64,000 nucleotides of DNA from Oikopleura dioica (taxonomy: Eukaryota; Animalia; Chordata), in contig OU015569.1 in NCBI GenBank assembly GCA_907165135.1, positions 4,340,001 through 4,404,000 on the forward strand, in the 5' to 3' direction. The translations under genes were made by a program, and so were the position numbers. Numbering within the stretch: position 1 is the stretch's first letter; every line of letters starts with the position of its first letter. This document shows, one piece after another, positions 35,167 to 46,640 of the stretch. The notes under the pieces were generated by a model that worked only from the letters and a program-made list of their open reading frames with translations, did no database searches and had not been told where the DNA came from.

Positions 35167-38033
35167 ATGGGAGTCTTCAGTCCTCCCACTGTTGAATCGG
35201 TGCGGGCTCGTCGATGGACGGTCTTCATGAACGGTTACTAGATTCTACTAATTTAGTTAGATGAATTACCATAAGAATTTTTCGGGCAAAAAAATTTTTT
35301 TTGAGATATTGGTATATTCTGAAAGCCCGTAAAAAGTTATACAGAATCACCAAATTCTAGGGTCAGATGACGTCATTATGACGTCATCGGGCTGATTTGA
35401 AAATTTTGTCTTTGGAACGCTTTTTCGAGCCGAAAACGTTTTTTAATTTTATTTTTCTCGACGGATTCGGATTTTCCATGAAAAACTACGTAGGGACCCG
35501 GGATCAAACCATTGAATATCAACCATTACCGACCGGTTCAATTTTTGAAACCGGTCGGTTCGAAAAATAAACCTCGGGTCCCTACGTAGTTTTTGATGGC
35601 GAACAACATGCCATCAATAGAAAAATCTATTTCCAGCAAAAACAGCCTCAAAAAGCGTTCCAAAGTTTCATGAATTTGGAGCCTTTTCGGACATTTACTC
35701 ATCATAAATGACGTCATAATGACGTCATTGAGCCCTAGAAATTTGGGAATCGACTAATTTTGACTTGGACTTTCAGAATATACCAATATCTCAAAAAAAA
35801 TTTTTTTGCCCGAAAAATTCTTATGGTAATTCATCTAAATGCCGTATAGTCAAACTCAACCTAAACTCTTAAATTGTAACCGAAATAAAGCGTTTCAATT
35901 GTGGAGAATATGCTTTTTGCAGCTCCCCTGTTTGGCTGGGCGTCACTTCAAAACATGTTGCTGAGTTTCGGATGCGCCGTAAGTACGCTTTATAGTAATA
36001 TCTGTATTTTATTCCAGTTTGATTTACAAGTACTAAAAGCTTTGTCACTTACGAGTGTGGCCAGTTATTAACACCTCTTTTTCACACGTTTAAAAAACGT
36101 TCAAAGTGCCAATCAAGAAATAGCGTGACAGGCCAACTTATCATTCTTTATATTTAGTCCCAACTCTGCATCGAGGATTGTCAATACTTTGATGCAGACA
36201 AATGGAAATCCGACTACTTGGCAAAGCAAGATGATGAAGGTCTCGAATACTTTCGTTCGCTGAAGGGCAATGAACAGGACAAACTCTGGAACGAGAATTT
36301 GTGCTCTACAAAATACTTCAGCAACTATTCTGTTGATGAGTGGTCCTCGCGAGTCGAAGAAAAGGAATGGGTCATGGGCTGTGCAGCGCAGGCATCTAAC
36401 ATGAACACGTAAGTTTTGTCCTTCGAGTTTCTTTTACTTTTTGATTGAAGTTACTACACAATCGGTACTTCATTCCTTTCTGGTTCAACAATGGTTTACG
36501 GTCTCATCATGGACAAATATGGAACACGTCTTTTGCGACTGTGTGGAATGGCCGGGTTTGCCATTTCTTGCATCTTGTTCGTCCTGGTTGAAAGTGATCC
36601 TCGAGGTGAGGCGTGTCTTTTTATTTATCCCTCCAGCAATTACTCTAGCTATGGCCTGGCTTATCACTCCTGCTGTGCTTTTGAATGGCATGGGTGGTAT
36701 TTTATACATCTTCACTGGTTTCCAACTTGCCAACTTTTTCCCTAATGGAAGGTCGACCGTCTGCGCTCTTCTTATCGGATCCTATAATGCTTCAGCTATT
36801 GTTTATCCTCTTCTCTTTTTGGCATTCGACAAGGGCATTCTTTCCTTTAGCGGTTGTATGCTTATGCACTTCGCTCTTGCTCTCGCATCGTTCATTGAGG
36901 GTTGGGTTGATACCCCCGTCGAGCCTATTCCTGAGCCAGGCTCAGAGAACAAAAACGACGACGACAAAGATGAAGACAAGAAAGAAACAGCTGCTGATGG
37001 TATATAATTATTTTGATGTACCACTAATTTCCGCTTCAGACATTCCACCCTTCAAAGACGTCTTGTTTTCCATCCCATGTGCTTTGTCCCTCATTACTAT
37101 GTGCATCACCGTGTTGCGGCTCTCTGTAAGTAAATCACGGTTCTGTAATCGCGAAATTATGACCATATTTTAGTACTACATTGGTAGTATGACAATCTGG
37201 TTTGAGAACGCGGCGAAGATGTCGGACATAACAGATGAGCAAGAAATCAAAAAGATAGTTGACGACAACTCTTCGCTCTTTGGCTACCTCCAACCACTCT
37301 GTATTCTCTGGTCTATTCCAATCGGCTACGTTTTGGACCGCAAGTTCGCGCAGTCGAAAGAAAACCCAACACCTATCGCAGACTCACCCAGCAACCGTGA
37401 CGACGGCATTCCCCTTATCTCCGCGAAGAGCGACAGTGACAAAGCCACAGAATCAAATAACAGTAGCGGCGTTACCTACAAGAGAGTCCAGCAGTTGCGC
37501 AACACTCGCGATGCCTATTTTATCACTGTCGGATGCTTACTCGTTTTCGGTTACTTAATCCTTCTCCAGGATAACATTGATATCCAAGTGATTACATTTG
37601 TCCTCCACACTGTCATAAGAACACTTATTCATTCGTCAGCCGCTGGTCTCTACGTCCAGGAACAGTTCCGAATTCTTATTGTTGAATTTATGCTGATCGC
37701 AAATTTGAACGTCAGTTTATGAACTGAAAAACAGGTTTTCCACATGGCCCACATCGGGAAGTTAACTGGCCTTGGCTCCATTGCCGGAGGAACTTTCTCG
37801 TTTATCATGATTCCCTTCGAATCTCTTGTTTTCAACGTACTTAATGGAAACCCATACTATGTAAGCTGACAAACTACATTCTAACTCTATCAAATGTTTA
37901 GCTTAACTTGGCCCTGCTCCTCGCATCAATCGCTGGCGGTTTCTTGCCTATCTATCTTCATATTTTTGCCAACAAGACCGAAAGAGATCTCAAGAAAATC
38001 GAAGAAGAAAACCGAAACAATAACGAATCTTAA
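35167..38033 (+). CDS. SLC43-family MFS transporter (LAT3/LAT4-like), multi-exon
   Basis: MGVFSPPTVESVRARRWTVF|IVSIVENMLFAAPLFGWASL aligns without gaps to recalled SLC43 [81 protein letters not shown]. Intron 1 (35229-35890) is GA-AG. Confidence 0.9.
35260..35835. mobile_element. 576-bp foldback MITE with putative TA TSD, in SLC43 intron 1
   Basis: Near-perfect ~65-bp TIRs GATGAATTACCATAAGAATTTTTCGGGC.., inverted symmetry continuing to a central ACCGACCGGTT..AACCGGTCGGT; TA on both sides (35258-35259, 35836-35837). Confidence 0.88.
35368..35727. promoter_or_regulatory. Four consensus CRE/ATF sites (TGACGTCA) in two tandem pairs carried by the foldback MITE
   Basis: TGACGTCA at 35368-35375, 35379-35386, 35709-35716 and 35720-35727. 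Function not shown. Confidence 0.5.
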
Positions 38034-39593
38034 TCTTTCTTCGTAACTAGCTTCTTATCTTGCTTTTTTTTGCGGCTCGGTTTGCCACTTGGATGTTTTT
38101 CGATGATTCAACTTTTACCCGCTCATAATCATGTCTACCCAAGAGTTTGAGTTTTGTTTTCAACAGTAGACTGTTTATCTATTTAAATAGCAGCAATTCG
38201 TCTGCTGAGTTTAATGTAGGTTATGTTCGTTTAGTTGTTTTGTTTGCTTTACATATTATCTAATCATAATTCTGAAACGCCAGAACTGGCAGCTTATCTG
38301 AACAGACCTCCCCGTTTCTCTCAGCCACAAGTATTTAAACTGTACAACCCAAATCCTTCATGATCTCTTTTCAAGTTCCATGATTTTTCCAAGTTCCGGT
38401 GCGTCCTAAGTTCACTTGGTGTTTAAAGTTTCAAAGTTTTATCATCATCCGCGCTTTCTATACGACCGTTGATTATTCTCTGTAGGCTACAAGAATGAAC
38501 GAGGGAATGCTACTCTGAAGGCTACAGTCAACGCTCATAATTAATGAGTCCTAAATTTCAGATTTTAGAAACACAGAGTTGTTAGAGCCTTTTTCGTCAT
38601 ATAAAAATGTTAAATTATAACGTATAATTTACAAGAGTTCGCATAATTCGATCCCAACGGGCGTATAGAAACAAGCGGTGCATTGTTTTAGATAGTTGTA
38701 CCTGAAATAGCCTTCTATCATTAAAATGGCTGTTCAATAATTTAACACATATTTTAAAATCCCGTCTATTGCGCTTTTTATTATCTTCCCTTTTTATGAC
38801 TGCAATGGCTGATGCAAATGTAGTTCTCGGCCAGCTCTGTTTATCGCGCTGACTGCAAATACAGTTTGTACAAAAATGAACAATGTTGTCCACAGTGATA
38901 TTCGTACTCCGTCATTGGAAGTAAATTGAATGTTTGAATCTGATTTCCTGACAAAATTGCAAAGCTTAGACTCTAAGCCTTAGAGCAACATAATACCAAC
39001 AATACACACTTACAGATATAGATTTCAAAAAATGTTTTTTCACCTCACAAGAAGGCTGAAAAATCATGTCGCTCTATTCAGGCTTAGCATAAGCGAAATA
39101 AAGCAGGCTTACTTTTGAACTCTTTTCAAACATGCCAATTACCGAACGTTTAAACACTTCTTTTTTATATAATTGGGAGCTTTTAAAAGATTGCTAAAAA
39201 TGAATGAAATTCAAATATGCGACTGTAAAAATGAGTAGAAATCAGTGAAACTTGTTTTTTTTTGTTGAATTTTAGGTATTTTTTAGTTCTTTACAATTGT
39301 ATTTCATCGTGTTACTAGTGTCCGTCTCTGTACAGTTGACAAAAGACAAATAGTAAGAAAAAGGAAAGAGGAAAAAGCAGAACAAAATAGAGAGTAGAGT
39401 AGGAAGAAGAGGCGAAGGGTTTGAGGTTAGCACAAAGTCTGAAGAATGATTACTATTTAAATAAAGGCATGATACAGCTGCTCTCCAAAGAGCTGTAAAC
39501 AGTTTGAAGTCGGTTAGGGTTTTGTGTTTGTTGGGTCGAGATTGGTTTCTCATATGAGTCGTATGCTGGAACAGTTAAATACAGTCACTTGTA

Positions 39594-42500
39594 CTAACAG
39601 CACTTGCAGGTGACTATGTCGCGCTTTCGTCGTGACTTGTTTTTCTTCCTCACGTCAGAAAGCTTGTCGTCGATTAACTCTGGCGTCGGAAGTTCATCCT
39701 TGACGTCTTTATTTTTCGGGGTTTCATTCTCTGCAGCGAGCGCGCCAGGTGTTTCCTCGTTGTCTGACGATGATGGCGACTTTTTGGAGCGGAGTGGCTT
39801 CCCGGGAGCGTCTGAAAAGAGTAATTATATGCTGAATAAAAATCTTAAAACCTGGCGCAGCAGACTCGTCCACGACTACAGCGACGACCTCTTGAACGAC
39901 GGAATCTTCTTCGGGAGCGACTTCTTCTGAAACATCTTTTTGGAGCACTTCTTCAGCAACCTGAACGTCAGCCTCGGATTTCTCCTCAGCCTTAACTTCT
40001 TTGAGATTATTTGCTTCCATTTCAGATTTCGAAATTCGCTCTTCGACTTCCTTCACGATTTCACTAGCCAAGTCGGTTTCCTCCATTTCGAGCTTACTCT
40101 CGGGAAGAATGACAGTGGGTTCGGACTCAGTGTCGGAAGAAGAAGGGACGTGGGTTTCCGTTGGCACGTCGATCGATTCTTTCACCAAGGGAAGATTTTC
40201 GTCAGGTTCCTTTGAATCAGTCGCCGCTTCTGGCTTTTCCGCAGTTACTGTATTTTCGGACCCAGTGGCATCGTCTTCCACTAAATTTATACAGGAATGA
40301 GGAACATATTTTCTCGTTACTTACGATTTGGTTCCTCTGCTGGTTTCGGCACTTCTGGAAGAGTTTCTACTGATGTAACTGTTGTATCAGATTCGACAAC
40401 TAAAATATATAAATAAAGACACTGTTAGATAGTTAAATGCAACCTTTTGCGGTTGGTATTTCCTCATCTGGAACAGAGCTAGAATCTTGCTCCTTCATCG
40501 GGGGTGCTTCCGAAGAAGTGACATCAGACATATCAGGTATTTCAGCTGGCGAGTTAGGCTCGATGGGAGATGGAATATTTGCCAAGGAAGTTGAAGTGGT
40601 CTCCTGAGTATCGTCATTATCGAGAACAGAAGAGGTAGTTTCTACACTAAGCTTCGTTTCGTCAGAAACAGGGGATAGCGATGCCTCTATTTCCTCTTTT
40701 TCTGGTAGAGGCTCCTTTAGTTCTGATTCAGCATCAGATGACATCTTGGTATCTTCCTTGTCTTCAACGACCATTTTCTCCTCTTCAATAGTCTCCGTTG
40801 CCTCGACTCTCTCGACTGGTGCAATTTGGTCTGTCTTGTGCTCAGCAGACTTTTCCGGTTCAAGTGGCGCCGCTTCAGGGGAAGAACTTCTCTTTTCAGA
40901 TGTCTCAAGTGGAGATTCTTCGGGAGAGGTTGCCAAGGCTTCTCCCTCAATCTCAATACTTTCTGGCTCGGCGGGAGACTCGATTGGCGCCTCTTCTTTT
41001 GCCTCCACGATATTTGGAGTTGATTCAACAGGATTTTCGTCTTTATGCCCATTAGAAGATGAAGATGATGACCTTGATTTTCTGGTACTGATTGGCAGTA
41101 CTTCTGAAAGAATGTTAACAGACGTAAGTTTTTGCGCCAGCAGTCATTTTGTAGTTTCTATATTATAAACGGTACTGGTTAAACTGATTCTCAGAAAGTT
41201 TTTCTTAGCATTTTCGCATAAATTCAAGGTTTAGTTTTGTAATTAGTCATATCTTTTCATACATATTATTTGTAAAAGTCAAAATATCACCCTCAGTGTA
41301 TAACTAGTCTGGATTTAATCGTTCCCTAGGGAAGCAATTGAAATTGATGTTTACCTTCAACGGTGGATGAATCGGCGATGTCGGTCTGAATTGAGCTTTT
41401 ACGTGATGGAATCATTCCAGCAGTGACGAGCTGGATGGAACGTTCATGAAGCGTGACCTTGAATTAAACTTTCTACGAGTGCAACATGCAACTACTCTTC
41501 TTTTATCATGCATTACGGAGATTTGGTGGATAAGTGACACTTTAACTCTTTGATATGAGTAAATGTGAGTTGATCAATGAACCCGTATGACGATATAAGA
41601 TAGTTAGTAAATTTTCGTACGTGCATCGAATTACCTTGTCTGCCACATTGAGCATAGATGGATCGCTCTCGTTTTCATTATCGAGAGTATCATTCGGAGT
41701 AATCAAAGAAGCGGCTGTGACTTCTGTCTCCGTTGAAAAGTTTGTTGAAATCACCTCCGCTGGCACAGGTTCTACCTCAGGTACTTTTTCTTGAGATACT
41801 TCTTCTTTGGGTTCCTGTGCCTCTGCATCTGTTACGGATTCATTCACCTCGTTTAAATCTTCTTCCACGAGCATTGCTGCGTTTTCTTCAGTAGATTTTT
41901 CCTGTATCTCAGCGCTAGAAGATTCTTTTCGCTCATAATTTTCTTCCTCTTGACGATCTATCACACTTTTCTCGGGTGCACTTTCTGTCACTTCCGCGAG
42001 AACGTCCGACTCGGTTTCAGATTTCCTCTTTTCTTCACTAATATCGCTCTTCGGCTGTTCTTCTTCATTTTCCGCCGCTGCCTGACTAGCGATACGTGCC
42101 AGTTCTTGGATTTTTGTTCCGATGCTCTCCGAAGTCGTTATTTCACTGAGCTCTTCTTCATCGCTTTCACTTGTCGCACCTTCTTTTTTCTCCGGCTTTT
42201 CCAATGCAGCGACTTCTTGGACGGCCTGGGTATCTTCAAGAACCTCTACCGGCTCTTCACGATGGATAATTGTCTCTTAAAATTTGAATGAACCCTATGA
42301 TATGAGTCTGGAAACTGATGTACCTGGAGATTTATTTTCGTTCACTTTATCTTCCTTCGTATCTGAATCTTTCTTCTCCTCCTTATCAACTTTTTCCAAG
42401 TCATCTGGCTTTTCAAGTTCAGGTGTTGTTGTCATCTTCTCGGCTTCAGTATCGATGTTGTCCTCGTTGACTTCAACTGACTCTGACGCATCTTTCGTCG

Positions 42501-42827
42501 GCACTGATTGAATTGTTAATAAATAAAATCAAATTCTTGTCAATTCAAAGATATCGTTAAAAACTACAAGTAAGAAATAAAACTGATAACTTACCAGGCG
42601 AAAGTCGAGTTGGCTCTTCATCGACTGTATCCAGCACTTTTTCGCTACGAGTTTCGACAAGCACAACGGCGGCTTCCTGCTCGGTTTCATCCTCTTCATT
42701 TGCGAGGGAGAGCAGTTTTGCTAGAGTAGACATTATTTGCCGAATAAGAAATTTAATCAACAACAGAGTATAAAAATATTGGAAACTTACTTGAAGTGCG
42801 CGAGTCGTCCTGGCACTGAGCTGCCAT
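39594..42827 (-). CDS. Large Glu/Ser/Thr/Pro-rich disordered protein with a polybasic C-terminus ending CKCC
   Basis: Exon chain from MAAQCQDDSRTS (42827) through E-rich ORFs 42557-42763, 42295-42504, 41542-42204, 40433-41008 and 39724-40281 to VRKKNKSRRKRDIVTCKCC* (TAG 39594-39596). Confidence 0.75.
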
Positions 42828-43390
42828 GTCGTTCTCTGTTTCAGCGACTGAATGAAAGGAATTAAGAAAGCGAAGATGTCGATAATTTCGCACTGCTGGT
42901 GGGAGCATAGTATATCGATAACGCAACAGGCGTCACCCCAAACTGATAAATAGAAGAGGGCCGCTTTCTCACAAATATTTTAAGCAAGACAAATTTCAAA
43001 CGTGCATTCTAAGGAATTTCGAATATCCCATAATCTCAAAGAAGAAAAGCACTCATTTATCAACCTGAAAAACTAAGAATCTTTCCATTTTCTAAAAATC
43101 TCAACATTTCTCTCGTTTCTGCAAAAAGGCAGCGATTTTTCTTTACCTTCGTTTTTTTGTGACCATTTCCTACAGAAAATATTTTCTCTCGCCTTTCTCT
43201 CGATGCGTTTAAAATCGACGAAAGTCGGAAATCTGCGGGGGAGGGCTTTGAAGCCGCGATAAATCGAAAAAGAGAATGGGTTAAAATATTAGAGAATTTA
43301 AAAAATGATCGGGAGCGGGCGGCGAGTTAGTTATCGCGGCTCCCTGCTGAGAGGGGCTCGCCGGTGATCCGAGGATTTACTTTCAGATTA

Positions 43391-44505
43391 ATGACACGCC
43401 CGGGGTCGGTTACCTGTCTCGACTGGCTGAACTCGCTGGCTTGCGTTCATTTCCAAAAAATGATATTCAGGTCATGGCTTTTTTGCTTTTCCGAAAGAAA
43501 GTTTGCGCTCTCTTCCTAGGCATATTGATAATGTGCCCCTCAACCCCCGGGGGCACCGCATCGTACCATTTTGCATGTCATTACAATTTTACTCTGAGTC
43601 CTGGCCAACCTACTTCCTCCCTGGCAGGGAGTCCCTGCGCTTTTACTATCGTTACGCGCCCCTTCACAGCGTAAACTGATAGTGTCAAGATGACATTCGA
43701 AAGCGCCTTGTCATGCTCTCTTAATTTCATTTCCTTCAAATGAGATTTAGTATAACAAATTCGTTTCTTCTTGTATCCGTTTGTTATAAATTATATATCA
43801 ATTTTGAATTGAAATTAAGAGCAATTCACCTTTGAATTTGTTGTTTTTCTTTATCTCTTGAATTTGAAATATTTAGCGTTGAAATCAGAACAGGTAGATC
43901 TTCTTCCAAATCTGCCGATCGGGTCAAGTGAAATGTCCCTTTTGGTGCTTGACCAACCGTGAATTGCTTGTTCATCAAACAAAGCGATTCAGTCATTCCA
44001 AAAAGTGAATGTGAATATGAAAATTAAAGCACCAATGCCAATAAATGCATATTTATCTACAACACCACTCGTATGCATGAATCCCCTCCAGAAGCTATTG
44101 AGTAAAATAAAACAATAATCAAGGAACTCAAATGTGTGCATTTTTAAAGGTTTTAGTTCTAAACCCATTCCGGAATTTGAAATTAAGGAGAACACAACTA
44201 CCAGTAATCGGTATTTTCAGGTGAGTGACGAGTCAACGTGAAACGGAGGAGCTCAATTATGGCACGTGGTACGCTAGAGCGGTTCCGCCGGCCAAGAATC
44301 ATAAATTCAGATGTGCATACCTCGCCAATACCCCCTTTGTGATGTAATCCTGTTCTATTTTGAAAATAAATCACCGGCGCCGAGCTTTCGTAATTATCCT
44401 CTAAAGGCACCCGCACAAAGAAATATCTTATCGAATCTAAGCTCCTCTGAGATCCACGTTATGGCAGCCCTCTCCCGTTCTCAGACAAGGCACTGGTTCT
44501 CCTAA
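43391..44505 (+). CDS. Hypothetical multi-exon protein, not visible as one ORF
   Basis: TTTCAG-ATTA-ATG start, then phase-consistent exons MTRPGSVTCLDWLNSLACVHFQKMIFR|HIDNVPLNPRGHRIVPFCMSLQFYSESWPTYFLPG..|..LDQP|TNANKCIFIYN..|SKPIPEFEIKE..RYFQ|ELNYGTWYARAVPP... One junction near 43670 is uncertain. Confidence 0.45.
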
Positions 44506-44785
44506 AGTTTTACTCGCGCCAATTACTGATTCTGACCATAGTAACAAGCTCCGCCTCGAAAAAAAAATATAGACTTTGTGTTGTTCATGCGAAGAGATTT
44601 GAAAAGGGAGTCCGAGAAAAAAGTGAAATCATGGAGGAGAATCTCAGTCTTTGAAATGAAAACGAAAGTAATGCGATGAGAACTTTGGATAAATCTTAAT
44701 AAAATAAACTATTTATGGTATAAAAGCTCTTCAAAAATATAAAAACAACTATTCAAAATACACCCGTTTTGGCATCTTTTACAAA

Positions 44786-46430
44786 CCCTTGTCGTCTTGT
44801 AAGAACATCAACTCTCTCGTTATTCAAGCATCAAAAATACCTTCTACTGGGCTGGTCTCTTCTTTGAGTGTTTCTTCATTTCGAGTGGTCTCGTTCTTCA
44901 TCTGCGCTACAGCAGCGGAAATTGCATCAGCCGCTAATTTCTGCGCCAAGTCAAGTTCTAAACGAAATTTACAAAAATCAATCGAATCGATCACTCCTGT
45001 ACGCGTAAGAGATTACTTTCATTTGTATTCCGCTTGGATTAAGTCATCTAACTCACTAAACTCATTGCCCTGAACCTAATCAATACGCACTTTGAAAGCA
45101 CAGTGATGACCCGCTATCAATCGCTTTATAAAATTAAGACCCTCTCTCAGCTGGATTATTATAATCAAGCAAACAGCATTTCAATTATCAAAAAGTCTAC
45201 CTTCAATAAAAAGCTTGATCTTCTTTATTTAAATAAAAATTACATTTGATTGAACTGAATGTTCTTTCCTTACCAACATCAGTATTGTTCAGTGACTGAG
45301 TATCGGCGTGATCGCTCGCTCGTGTTTTGCCAAGTTCATCGTCGTCATCAAGAAAATGTTCCGAGCAAGTAGATGCGGATTTTTCTGTATCCCCTTCTTT
45401 CTGAGATAGTTCGCCTGCAGTTTCGGTGACTGATTCCGAAATTTCTCCAGTCTCTTAATTTTTTTTTCAAAAAAACGTTTGGGAAGAGAAATCGTACCTT
45501 TTTCTCTAGTTGCCTGTTCGGTAGTTGTATCCATTTCTTCTTCCTGAGTTTCTGTTGATTTGAGTGAGTATTCCTTCATGGGGTCTTGCATTTCCTTTGT
45601 CTCTATTCAGGGATTAAGTGCAGTTAATTGGATTGAAGAGCGGTTTCATGTCGAGCTGGGTTGTCTCTGGATTTCTAAATCGAGCTACAAACTCTTCCCA
45701 GGCCTGGTTCAAGGACAAACTCGCCCAGCTGACGGCGCCAATGGAATGTGCCGCTCAGTTTACGTGATTTCTGAGGCAAAGGGTTAACTTTTGATATACT
45801 CTTCGCCCTTTCTGAAAGGAGCCGGTCTCAATGCCGAGCATAAATCATCGAACTCTAAATCTCAGCTCGAACTCGATTCGTCAGCTTTTTTCGCTGAACG
45901 ATTTTTCCTTTCTCCAGTCTTTTTTTAACTTTATACTCATGTCTCTATTTTGCCATAAAAAAAAATTAAAAAAAAAATACATTAGAAATAACTTTATAAT
46001 TGAAAAAAGATAACCCGTCTATACACCGCGATAAACGTCCTCTGCTCATTCTCATATCTCTGATAGAAGAGAAACTGAGATTTCCCTAAATGCAATTTTT
46101 AACAACTTTTGGAAGCAATTAAAGCTGCTCACCTGGAGCTGTCGGTAGATGAGAGTGCATTTGAAAACGACCGTGTTTATCCTCCCCGTAGCCTTTTACT
46201 TTCGGCAGGAGAAGCATTTCCGCCGCGAAATCTTCGCTCTCTCCGTTGATGCAAAGCTTTCCTCGCCATTTTTGCATCTCGTGGTCCTCACTCTGATCGG
46301 AATCGGAGTTGTTCATCCTCATCGCGGCCATGCTCTCTCTAAGTGAGTTAAAACTCTTTGTGATTTCTCTGAACTGTGCTTTAATCACTTCCGCGTCCAA
46401 GTCGCTAGTTTTTCCATTTTCGAAGCTCAT
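44786..46430 (-). CDS. Hypothetical multi-exon protein (charged), internal boundaries uncertain
   Basis: MSFENGKTSDLDAEVIKAQFREI..; EFDDLCSALRPAPF..|TAHSIGAVSWASLSLNQAWEEFVARFRNP; ELDLAQKLAADAISAAVAQMK. Several GT-AG junctions are in phase, but the model is not fully resolved. Confidence 0.45.
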
Positions 46431-46640
46431 CCTTTTTTCGAGTCTATGACTGAGGAAGAAGCTCGCTGAAATCAAGGGGTTCACTTCCAAAGTAAATACC
46501 TCCCGCGCTACTGCTCAAACTTGAAGTTGCTTTGGCCAATCTATCACTCAATCATCACGCCTTGATAAATGCCAGCCGATTTATTGTACAGATATTTTTT
46601 ATATAAAATGAGTAAAGCGGAAATATTTGTATAAAAGTGT

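Noticed and set aside
38483-38530. Short CTGTAG..CTGA..CTACAG stem resembling a box C/D RNA
   Set aside because: Only about 48 nt, no canonical RUGAUGA box, intergenic.
38615-38893. 92-aa minus-strand ORF with CTNC
   Set aside because: AT-rich intergenic context with no splice partners or motif; probably random.
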